This document shows positions 27,001 to 38,831 of a stretch of 64,000 nt of DNA, one piece after another. Below the pieces are notes generated by a model. That model was not told the origin of the DNA. It saw nothing but the letters and a program-made list of their open reading frames with translations, and made no database searches. This DNA comes from Phoronis australis (lineage: Eukaryota > Animalia > Phoronida). The translations under genes were made by a program, and so were the position numbers. The DNA is taken from NCBI GenBank assembly GCA_002633005.1, contig NMRA01000251.1, forward strand, positions 60,486 through 124,485, written 5' to 3'. Each line of letters begins with the position of its first letter. Position 1 is the stretch's first letter.

Positions 27001-30000
27001 GACAAATTCGGAATGGAATAATCAGATGAAAAGAAAAAATAGAGTGTTTATTTGGAAAGCACATGGTTTAATCCTGAAACTGTCACTGGAAAAGGACACC
27101 AAAACCATAACTGAAGTAGATTTTAGCTGAACTCCTACCAAAAATAAAACAACGAGTTCCTACCTGTGGAGAAAATAATACCTTGACAATATTGTGCATT
27201 CGCTTCCATAGTGAACAAAATGCTCCAGGAATTTTCCAGCTGTTAAACAGCTACATTACTGATATACCTGGGCATATATTAGTCACTTCCAAATATGTGA
27301 TCGGGCCTTGATTTGAACCTGAGATTTGGTCCTTTAAGGCACTTTTCCGACTATGTGCCCTAGGTTTTAACGCAGAAAATTTTGGACGTATTAAGTTGGA
27401 CTTTAGTTGTCTTCATGTGAAAGTTTGTACGATCCTGGTGTCTGTAGGCTCCAAAGTTTCCTTATTTGCCATTACAGTGAATTTTGAGCCTTGTGCATGT
27501 GAGCGCATTATTTCCAGGATAAGATTCTTCATTTCGTGCTTAACACCAGGTGACATTCCAAATTCTTAAACCAAGGTGGGGCTGAAAGGGTAGGTAGGTA
27601 GGTGCCTGGATGAGTGAGGGGTGACATCAACAATCTTCGCTCCGGATGTCACCCATGCTAGGTACGCCACTGCTTATTATCATTTATGTCAAAGCTGAAG
27701 ATGCAGCTTTAAACAAACTCCACGATATCATTACTTTCAAAGTGAAGCCAGAATTACCCATTGGCAACCAATCAGAGAACTTAACAAGACTTACCACTTG
27801 AACACATCTCCGCTGTTGCTAGTTAACTTGAGAGATTCCTCGCCGTGCGACTTGGCTTCGTAGCACAGCTTCTTCTGCTGGTCAGCGTGATCCTTGGCGC
27901 CCTCTATCTTCGATTTGATGTAGAGGGCCTTCACAAACCGCCACATGAACTCGGGATCCTTCTTTCGCTACAACAGCGGAGGAATAGGACCTCGTGTTGA
28001 AAGGGTTATGTAAGTCGAAGAGGCCTGCTTTGCTTGAGGCTGAACTTGCTGAACAGTATTTTTTATACGAATAATGCCTTAACTTTAAAAATTGGCAGAA
28101 TAATGACTATCATCAAAGATGCTGACACGTGACTATTCCCCACTTCAACCTTCCAACAAAAGTACATGTTTACACCATTGGCCCGCATGAAGCACTCTAT
28201 TGGTTAATAGACAATCTTCATATCGATGAGACATTTGGAGTACGCAAAGTTTTTTTATGGAATTTTGGTAGATAAATAAGTTTAAAAGTCTCAATTTCCC
28301 TGTTATGCATCATCCATTAATTGGGAAAAAATCCGAGTTGAAAAATCAAGAAATTTTCAAACAAAACATCAATACGAGCCCACACAAAAATGACCCCCAC
28401 TCACAAAATCAGCAAAATAATCGAGTTCACTTTGCAGTTATTTCCTTTCACTACCGCTGAACTGTGCACAACCCAGTGTTGGCATTTGATTAGACATAAC
28501 ACACAGGTTTTTGTACAGCAACTTAATCCTGGGTACCTGAATGTTGTGGGTCCTGATTAGGGCAGTGGGATTAGTTGAGACATGTGACAGCACACAGAGA
28601 TACCCTTAGGACATTAAACAAGTTTGAAGTCAAGGTTAATTTGTCAATACATTAGTCTCATGAGTACATTACTAGAACAGAATCTTCAGAAGGTTTCGGA
28701 ATTTTCAAAGTGATTTTGGTAGCATCGTTAGTATTACGTACAACATGAAATTCAGTAACCAGCAATAAAAGAAAATATCATGAGTAACCTAAATATTTAT
28801 CCACCAGCAATTATAGTATCTAACAGGGCTCTGACACTTTGGGAACCTTGGCAGTTTGACGAAGAAACCTGGTTCTCAAAATGGGGGATCCCTGTATGTG
28901 ACTATTAACTGTCTGCCTCCATAAGGAAAGCATCACATGTTAGATTGGCCTGAAATGGTAATCAGTGCTTGCACAACCAAGAACTGTGTCAGATAAAGTT
29001 TCCACGATTTCGAATGCCCCCTCAGTGGGCATTCTTTATGATCATGTCTTCCCCCAGGAAGACAGTTTCTTCTACCCTAAACGAACCCCTCTTTGATGAA
29101 CGCCAATGGAAATGAAATTAAGAGCCAGAAAGTTTCGCTAGTTCACTTAAATAAGATTTGTGAAGAGCTCCATACACGGTTTGTTTAAGCCGCATGTGCC
29201 AACAAATATCTGTATCTAAAACGCCATGGTTGTCCACCCACACAAAATGTGTCTGGAATATTTCTGAATCATAATTAGAAACGAGCCCTGTTTCAAGGCA
29301 CCTAATACTTTGTAAATTGTACAGTCAAGAACCACTGGTATCACCAATTCTCCTTATCATGAACACTGATCTAGGTTATTTTGTGTGGAACAAGACAATG
29401 CATCTTTAGGCATTCAGTAACTCGCATTGAAACTTTAAACAAGTGAGTTTTAGCGGTTTGGCTTCTGAAAACAGAATTCCTGGTGAAAAGTTAGGTTAAA
29501 TAAACTGGCAACGAATCAAATTGGATTATGTTAGTCCACCTCCAGTATTTCACCAAAGGCCCAGGAGTTCATTTTGATAGATTCACCTTGGTAAATAATA
29601 GGCACAGGAGTCTTGAAGCAGGACAATCACCAAACCAGGTAGGTCTGATCTGTGGTTTTGGAAGCCAATGCTATCTGGAGTTAAAACTCAATGAGAGATA
29701 ATTGTGATGATAGACCATATTCTGGGCACTGGCTAGTGAAAAGAATGCCAAAACCCACGATCAATTGTCCTTTATGTGGACAACAAACACCTTTAAGTTC
29801 AATCAGCATTGTAGGTCTAAATAAAAATCAAACCAAATACATTGAAGAATGCTAATGAATATGTCAAATTTGTGAAGGCTAATCAATATTTAGAACTTCA
29901 GAACAAGTTTTGTGACAAAGTGGTGAACCATAAATTAGTAACTGTGACATCATATTGGGGACATAATAACGCGTGGTGTGAATTATGTGTTCCTGCACAT

Positions 30001-33000
30001 TGTGTACCGTAATTAGAGCAAAAGTCCTCTGTTCGCCGATTTGTTTCAGTAGATGTTCACAAATTACTTCATTTATATACAATTGGAAGGACATTCAAAA
30101 ATAGCAATACAACACAGATACTGCATATCTCTTGGCAAACATTCCTGAATAAGGCAGTCATTTATATGACCTTGACCGTCTGGCAATACATGGTGCTCCC
30201 CCACCGCATTCTTGGGGGTATAAAGATCACTCTGATAAGGGGCTGTTGCCCCCCATTTCACTTAGGCACGTTACATACTAAAGGTTAGGACATATCAATT
30301 ATTGAAGAGGAGTTACAATGTGCAGTATTTGTTTTCTCTCCAGTAAAAGTTAACAGATTTTTGCCTTTCAAAAAATAAAAAGTTTCAATTTTGAGTGACA
30401 AAACATGCGTGCACCCAGCCTCAAAATGGAGGGGTGGGCTCGAATTTTGGAGAATGTGCACCTTTTACTAAGATTCACGGGGTACGTTCAGAGCTATGAA
30501 TTGTGCATTCGCCAAATTTTGGTAGTTCCTTCCATTTTTGTGGAATTTTGTCTAGTTTTCTACTTTTTCCGGAGTTTGTGTTTTTGTCTGAGGCTGCCTT
30601 TTTGCCCACTTCGCCAAATGGGGGGGCTCAGTTGAGACCCCCCTGGATGGGGAAGAATACCGTCACAAGCAGGAAGTAGTTATCATTGACACCCCTCTGC
30701 TCCTTAATTTCCAAAAAGAAGGTGGCTATCACATGGAGTACTGGGGCTGTGGTAATAGCACCTATTGTAATCCCAACCAACAAGAATTGAAGCCCAAATT
30801 GTTGCTAGCTGGGTAATCCAATGAGGTGTCTAATGACAGACCATTCCCCCACATCACCGGACCGCCATACCTTATTGTAGTTCTGTCGACAAAGCTCCAA
30901 TGCCTTCTCGCGATCAGAATTGCCACCCCTCATCAGATCATCAAGTTGTTTCAGAAGACTAGCAGAACTGCCTTGAGATGGCGCCTTCTTGGCAGGGTTT
31001 TTCTTGTTCTTCAGCGGCATATTTGTTGCCACGCTGTTATCTTTACTTTTGGCAGCTGATTGGATGTTATCATCATCGCCAGCTACGTCGACGGCCACCG
31101 CATTCTTCGAGTCTTTGATTATACGTTCAATGGGAACAGGAGAATCTAACTCCACAGCCCTAAAGGGAAAACAGAATTTTACCAGTAACTGCAAAACTGC
31201 CCACATCCATGATTACAGTCATTACCAGCCCGGGCATGTTTAAGAATTGTTACACCACTTATTCCAGCCAAAGGGTACCAAAGTAAATATATTTATGCAN
31301 ATCACCAATTCTCCTTATCATGAACACTGATCTAGGTTATTTTGTGTGGAACAAGACAATGCATCTTTAGGCATTCAGTAACTCGCATTGAAACTTTAAA
31401 CAAGTGAGTTTTAGCGGTTTGGCTTCTGAAAACAGAATTCCTGGTGAAAAGTTAGGTTAAATAAACTGGCAACGAATCAAATTGGATTATGTTAGTCCAC
31501 CTCCAGTATTTCACCAAAGGCCCAGGAGTTCATTTTGATAGATTCACCTTGGTAAATAATAGGCACAGGAGTCTTGAAGCAGGACAATCACCAAACCAGG
31601 TAGGTCTGATCTGTGGTTTTGGAAGCCAATGCTATCTGGAGTTAAAACTCAATGAGAGATAATTGTGATGATAGACCATATTCTGGGCACTGGCTAGTGA
31701 AAAGAATGCCAAAACCCACGATCAATTGTCCTTTATGTGGACAACAAACACCTTTAAGTTCAATCAGCATTGTAGGTCTAAATAAAAATCAAACCAAATA
31801 CATTGAAGAATGCTAATGAATATGTCAAATTTGTGAAGGCTAATCAATATTTAGAACTTCAGAACAAGTTTTGTGACAAAGTGGTGAACCATAAATTAGT
31901 AACTGTGACATCATATTGGGGACATAATAAAGCGTGGTGTGAATTATGTGTTCCTGCACATTGTGTACCGTAATTAGAGCAAAAGTCCTCTCTTCGCCCA
32001 TTTGTTTCACTAGATGTTCACAAATTACTTCATATATATACAATTGGAAGGACATTCAAAAATAGCAATACAACACAGATACTGCATATCTCTTGGCAGA
32101 CATTCCTGAATACGGCAGTCATTTATATGACCTTGACCTTCTGGCAATACATGGTGCTCCCCCACCGCATTCTTGGGGGTATAAAGATCACTCTGATAAG
32201 GGGCCGTTGCCCCACCATTTCACTTAGGCAGGTTACATACTAAAGGTTAGGACATATCAATTATTGAAGAGGAGTTACAATGTGCAATATTTGTTTTCTC
32301 TCCAGTAAAAGTTAACAGATTTTTGCCTTTCAAAAAATAAAAAGTTTCAATCTTGAGTGACAAAACATGCGTGCACCCAGCCTCAAAATGGAGGGGTGGG
32401 CTCGAATTTTTGAGAATGTGCACCTTTTGCTAAGATTCACGGGGTACGTTCAGAGCTATGAATTGTGCATTCGCCAAATTTTGGTAGTTCCTTAAATTTT
32501 AGTGGAATTTTGTCTTCTTTTCTGCTTTTTCCAGAGTTTGTGTATCTCTGAGCCTGCCTTTTTGCCCACTTCGCTAAATGGGGGGGGGGTTAGTTGAGAC
32601 CCCCCTGGGTGGGGAATAATACCGTCACAAGCAGGAAGTAGTTATCATTGACAACCCTCTGCTCCTTAATTCCCAAAAAGAAGGTGGCTATCAAATGGAG
32701 TACAGGGGCTGTGGTGATAGCGCCTATTGTAATCCCAACCAGCAAGAATTGAAGCCCAAATTGTTGCTAGGTGGGAAATCCAATGTGCTGTCTAATGACA
32801 GACCATTCCCCCACATCACCATAACATCATACCTTATTGTAGTTCTGTCGACAAAGCTCCAATGCCTTCTCGCGATCAGAATTGCCACCCCTCATCAGAT
32901 CATCGAGTTGTTTCAGAAGACTACCAGAACTGCCTTTAGATGGCGCCTTCTTAGCAGGGTTTTTCTTGTTTTTCAGCGGCATATTTGTTACCATGCTGTT

Positions 33001-35293
33001 ATCTTTACTTTTGGCAGCTGATTGGATGTTATCATCATCGCCAGCTACGTCGACGGCAACCGCATTCTTCGAGTCTTTGATTATACGTTCAATGGGAACA
33101 GGAGAATCTAACTCCACAGCCCTAAAGGGAAAACAGAATTTTACCAGTAACTGCAAAACTGCCCACATCCATGATTACAGTCATTACCAGCCCGGGCATG
33201 TTTAAGAATTGTTACACCACTTATTCCAGCCAAAGGGTACCAAAGTAAATATTTTATGCAACATCCCACAGAAATATTTAGTTTCAAATAGGTATGTAAC
33301 AGATAAAATGTCTGTGAGTATGTGAAATAGTTGGACAGTTTCAGTTAGCAATGCACTAGCTTAGGAATATTGGAGAAGCTACTACCCTGTCCACAACGAA
33401 GTGGTTAACATTTTGGGCTTGGAGGGGAATAAGTAGTCACAAAACTTGAAGAAAAGGAAATTAAAGTGGGAAAATTTGTCCATGTAATGTCAGCTACCGC
33501 AGCAGGACTGTGCAATCTTCAGACAGTGGCTTTTTTATTAAGTACCTGAAGATTACCCATCTGGGTACAAGTGTACTTAAAAGTACACCTGCACCCCGAC
33601 TGATATCTGAAAGTTTATGGCTATTGGTTTGACATCATTTCTTTCCAAAGGTATCGAGATATCATCAGATATGAACACACTACAGCTGATTATCAGTAAA
33701 CAAACAAGCCACAAAATGCAGTCATTGTCTTTGAATTGACACACTGGCTGTTGAGTTATATATTGCAAGCATTCAATTAAAAGACAAATATGCACTGAAT
33801 AATTCAGTGATACACGAATGGAAATTCTCGTGCAAAACGTACAATACTTCAAATCCTATTTTGAACATCTGACAATTTGTTTTTGCGAAAGAAAAGTTAC
33901 AGCTGCATTTGGTTGACATGGGAATTTCATTGGTTGATAGTCTGGTAACAATCCCAATATCATTTATCCATTCAAAAAAGAAGTATTAGCACAGTGAAAT
34001 AGATATCAAGTCACGGTCTTATTACGGTAGAGATAGGTATTTATTTTGCTCATGTTCACAGAGATGGCTTATGAAATGCATAAAACCTTGTTTAATCATG
34101 ACTACGGTCATGGTTTTACAAGAAAAATGGGTTATAAAAAATTATTTTGAATTGAAGCATACATGAGGTGTCTTGCCTGCTACATGATGTTATGAGGCCC
34201 CATGCCAGCTTAAAGAATCTTACATTAAGCCATTATGTATCATTGCATAACTTTTCAGAAACTTAGAGATCAATCAACAAAACTTGACAGGTTTATCAGT
34301 GAAGTTTTGCATGTGAAACAAGAATTAAGAAAAGATAATTTGGCAATGAGTTACACACAGATGGACCAATGCTGCAGAATTCACCAATTTAATTCTATGT
34401 ATTTCATAAACTTACATGTATAATAATTAAAAAGCTGTTAAGTCAAATTCCATTAAATAACTGCACAAATGGCACTTCGCACATCGAGAAAGCTTATTTT
34501 CTGAGAAGAAATTTGTTATTATATAGCATCTTCAAAATACCGTTTGGCTGACAAGAAAAATCAAGGTTTTCTCTAAGACTTGGGGCACATAAATTCAAGC
34601 CCAAATTTTTATTCGTATTTTGATGGTTAGGAAATGGGTGATTTTGGAATGAATCGTCGGTATTTCTCAAATATCGGATGCTGCACTATTCATCAAGGGA
34701 GACAGTTCCTAAAATAGTCAAAAATAACCAGTGATACAATGGTGACCATTATCTGGCTGGAGGATCATTTGTCACAATTTCTAATTCTTGAACTTGGGAC
34801 AACCATTATATCTCCCATTTCAAAACTTTGGTAAAAGCTCTGACCATAAGCAAAATAATAGATTTTTGTAACTGTTCTAAAATTCGAAAATGGAGGATTT
34901 ACACTGTATTTTGGACAACATACCGTACATGGTACAAATTTTCCAACTTAGGACAAATTCTAAAATTTGATAGACAAAAATTCAAGCTAAAACTGAAATT
35001 TCTTGATTGCAATTTTGACAACCATCATATTTCGAGACCAAACACTACGTTTGTAGCAGCAGTCTGAAAACAGATTTGGCAGTTCATAAAATCATTACAA
35101 ATACCTGCCAACACTGCATAATGAAATTTCCAGTCCTAAACTGGTGAATTTTTACCAAATACCACACTAACCTTGGTAGGAGGGCCAACAGGAACACAAC
35201 AGCACACATTGTGATGAAAAGCATCATACCACACCCCCTCAGTAGTCGCGATTCACAACACGAACCGCCCCGCATCCTCATGTGTGTGTGCAT
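18025..35293 (-). CDS. RMDN: Regulator of microtubule dynamics (RMDN/FAM82/RMD-1 family) TPR-like protein, 348 aa; coding exons (5'->3') 35293-35172, 33121-32833 (or duplicate 31159-30871), 27967-27795, 22560-22485, 21597-21520, 20555-20457, 19846-19769, 18801-18721, 18075-18025
   Basis: All introns are GT..AG and phase-consistent (1047 nt including TAA). Family motifs: LLKQLDDL, DPEFMWRFVKALY, GDVFKWY...LG, [80 protein letters not shown]. The paralog number cannot be assigned by eye. Confidence 0.92.
23073..23430. mobile_element. Tc1/pogo-type MITE in RMDN intron
   Basis: TIRs CAGTAAAAATTCTCCAGTTTGGCA versus (reverse complement) CGGTAAAAATTCTCCAATTTTGGCA; preceded by TA. Confidence 0.7.
26612..27672. 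mobile_element. Non-autonomous hAT-like DNA transposon (~1.06 kb)
   Basis: Degenerate termini CACTGGCATAC / GTACGCCACTG, subterminal ggggtgaca motifs at both ends, and an imperfect 8-bp TSD (ggtattat / cttattat). Confidence 0.5.
29340..33260. repeat. ~1.96 kb tandem duplication (29340-31299 / 31301-33260) containing RMDN coding exon 2, joined by a single N
   Basis: The copies are identical for the first ~630 bp and then differ by scattered SNPs and indels. The N at 31300 lies exactly at the junction. Confidence 0.95.
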
Positions 35294-35378
35294 CGATTGC
35301 CCGAGAAGACTCGCAGTTCTACCGTATCCTAGTGAGTAGTAGAATGTTATTGAGTCGTAATATCGTGGCTACTCTCAC

Positions 35379-35672
35379 ATGCCTTTGAGAACGTTTCCTG
35401 AAATAAACCAAATTGAATACACTGGTAAAACACAACAATGAAAATGATTGATACATCGGTAGACATATTTTACTATGCCTTTGAGAACGTTTCCTGAAAT
35501 AAACCAAATCAAATACACTGGTAAAACACAACAATGAAAATGATTGATACATCGGTAGACATATTTTACTATGCCTTTGAGAACGTTTCCTGAAATAAAC
35601 CAAATCAAATACACTGGTAAAACACAACAATGAAAATGATTGATACATCAGTAGACATATTTTACTATGCCT
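35379..35672. repeat. Minisatellite, 3 near-perfect 96-bp units
   Basis: The unit start atgcct recurs at 35379, 35475, 35571 and 35667. Confidence 0.95.
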
Positions 35673-37927
35673 CTGTGCTTAATTTATACCAAAGCATGGG
35701 ATGAACTTCAATTGGCACATGGTTTTATCTAGACTAATGTTGTATGCCCTCCCTTGCACTTTAGACATATGAAAACATCTACCCGGTATATCGCAAAAAC
35801 ATCACTGAGTCCATAGATATGTTTCACAATGCACTTACAATAGTTCATTTCGTGTCTGGACTATCTGCTATACTTTCAGTAGTCAAAAAAGCGGCTTTTA
35901 TGAGTACTCCAATATATTAACATCAGTTGTTTCAAGGGAGATAACTCACAGATCAGTTGAGTCACACATACTGAGCAGAGGACTACTACCTGTCAACATA
36001 ATATTACTCACTAATAGACCCATTGTGTGAAAACTGCATGAATAAGGCAAGCTGCAGTAATGTGTGTGGAGAGTCAACTTACAACTCAGAGCCTGTCAAA
36101 GTCATACTTAAGGGTGACTGTGTAGATTTTAAGAAGAGATGCTAACTTGAGCGTATGAAAAAACAAAGCCAAGAGCTCCACTATAATTCAGGTTTTCTAA
36201 AAACTGACACTGCCTGAAGTTTACTACACAATAGTTTTCAAAATAAATTGACACACTTCAAAAAACAGACAACCAAATTGGGTAAACACGGGAGCAATGC
36301 CTGTCATAAGATTATGTTGAAAGATTTAGCCAAACTTCAAACAAATCATAGTCTGTAGAAAAGAAATGGACTTTTGGACGCAATTTTGTATGTCAAAACT
36401 TTATTTACTGTCGACATTATACACTTTATTTTATTTTGAAAACTACTCTAAAGGCTCCATTGTACAGGAGTTATGAAGAGTTGAGAAATTTATAATTGTT
36501 TCTTTAAATAGTAAGTTGCAACTTTCACGTGGAAGGCTCAGGATGTTTGCATCTTGCAGACAACATCAAGGCTGCAGTGTATCAGTTTATTTAAAGACAC
36601 ATCATTAAGTTATCCGGAAAAAATCATCGGAAATCCAGAGAGGTTTGGCCCTAGTTGCATGAAACTGTCCAAAGTCATGATATTATTATTTCCCTTGCCA
36701 TTTCAGGGCACTTAGTGGACATGCACAGACACCCATTGTCTTATCTAATGCTTTTTCAATGTCTTAACCAAACCAATTTTAGCTTTGCTGTGTATGGAGA
36801 GTGAACCCTGCATACTTAATTATCAACATTATTCAAAATAAGGATTCAATACATTCAAGTTGTTCCAATGACTTTAAGTTCACTATTTATATTCAATGAA
36901 ATAAGGTATCACTTTCCAGATATGCATTCCAGAAACTTGTAAAAGAAAAACTCATGATTTCATAGTGAGAAAAAAAAACATTTGCAAGTAAGGAAAGACA
37001 CAAAACAAGTAATAACAGGCTGACAATTTTGGGAACCTCAAAAGGTTGAGTTCCCATTTGGGATTATTTCCAGAAACCCAAATGTTTAAGTTTACCTGAA
37101 ATCCAACTGCTAAGCTGCAACTAAACACCAAACCTGATTGCAAAAATATAGTCCTTGTGACTTGAAAGTAATGCAAAGGTCAATGGATGTAGGGTATATG
37201 GGAACTTGAGGCTTTATTGTGTTGAAATCTAACCTTTGAACATAGCAATTACTGCCCATGCATGATTTAGTGACAGCTTGAAGTGAAATTGGCATTAGCT
37301 AAACTGGTGCAAAGGTTGAATATTAAATTTTATTTAAGACTGAGACTGGCATTTGTGTTCAGAAAATGTAAAGTTTGACCGAGTTCAAACCTACAGTTTT
37401 GCAGGTACTTCTCTAAGAATACAGGGTTGTCCATAAGGTGTTACCATACCTTGAGATTTCAATTTATCATCACAGTCCTGGATGCACATTGAGAAGTGCA
37501 GTTGACCCTGAACAAGAACATGACCTAGCACAACTCGTCCAACCAAAATGTTGGCTGAACACATGTTCTCCAAATTTAAAAGAGGCAACTTGAAGCAAAA
37601 AGCTAGTGGTCAAGTTTGGAGCAACTTAGAAATTAGATTGCGTGTGAAGAGTTCGCTGCTCACCAACTGCCAACCAATACCCATAATTATTTCCATGAAA
37701 ATTTGACAAAATTGGCAATTTTCCATTTTTCAGGCCGTTTGCCCTTGATGCAAATACCCAGTAATTGTCCAAACTTTGTCATGTGACGTTTTAAATGACA
37801 TCTGCAGGTGCAAAGTTGAAACCAAACTAATTATGGACTATTTAAAATTTATTGGAAATTATTTTAATTGAGAAATGGGACAAAATAAAGTTTCACTTAG
37901 ATTGCATACAGTGTACTTAACTGCATG

Positions 37928-38112
37928 CTGTATTTACCCTAATAAGCTCCCGGGGCCCCTATTAAGTGCACCACACATTTTCGGACTTCACTGAAATAAG
38001 CTTTCGATTTCACCTTTTTGTAGACCGGGTTTCAATCGCGTTAGGTCACTGTAAGCGCATCCCCTGAAATGAACTTTTCTAAATGCCAGGGCACTTACTA
38101 AGGTTAGTATGG
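37928..38112. mobile_element. Pogo/Tigger-like MITE (degenerate CCGTA termini)
   Basis: Left end ctgtatttaccctaataagctcccgg; right end (reverse complement) ccatactaaccttagtaagtgccctgg, followed by TA. Confidence 0.5.
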
Positions 38113-38264
38113 TAGATGGACTAAAAGTGTACCAATCACCAAACATTGACATCTGCATTAGTCTACTAAAGCCAAATCCCATGAGGACACATAATTAACA
38201 GCAGCAGTGTTAAGTTACACAATCAGCTGCTACACAAACATCACAACAAAAGCAATCAAGATTA

Positions 38265-38512
38265 CAGTATCCGCCAAAAGTATTGGGACAAAATGACCTG
38301 GAATTCCTGGCTGTGACACCTCCACCAAAGCAAAATTCATTGCCAAAGTAATCTTCTCTCATGACTGAGAAGGAAGTGGAATAATATTAACAGGAACGTT
38401 AGTATGGTGGAAAATTCGTGGTAACTTTGTTATTGGTCCGTTTTCATGTTGGCAGGATTAGGTGTGATGAGAGGAAAACTGCAGTTTGTTCCATTACTTT
38501 TGTTCTGTACTG
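38265..38512. mobile_element. Tc1/mariner-type MITE, 248 bp
   Basis: TA|CAGTATCCGCCAAAAGTATTGGGACAAA at the left and TTTGTTCCATTACTTTTGTTCTGTACTG|TA at the right: 28-bp TIRs with a TA TSD. Confidence 0.8.
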
Positions 38513-38831
38513 TAACCTGAAAGATAGGTGTTGTCTGTTTCACTTAGAGGCAAGGATTGAAAATGAAACGGTCTTGTCTCCAAAAACTATCCTGTAATCT
38601 AGTAGCTGAATTTAGTTCGTGGCATATAATGAAGCGAAAATAAAAAAATATCGCGCGCACAGTGAGATCCTCATGAAAGTCAGTTACATTTATGAGTTTT
38701 TTGTCATCTTGTCATTCTGAAAGGTATTTTGGCAATTTTAGTTGCCTTTTTAAAATTCTACAGTGTGAACAGGTCGATCAATGCAAACACTGTGTCTCAG
38801 GTTGTTTGTATCCCTGAACATCTTACATAGT

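Noticed and set aside
35379-35672. Possible CRISPR-like array
   Set aside because: Contiguous 96-bp tandem units with no unique spacers, no cas genes, and a eukaryotic intronic context.
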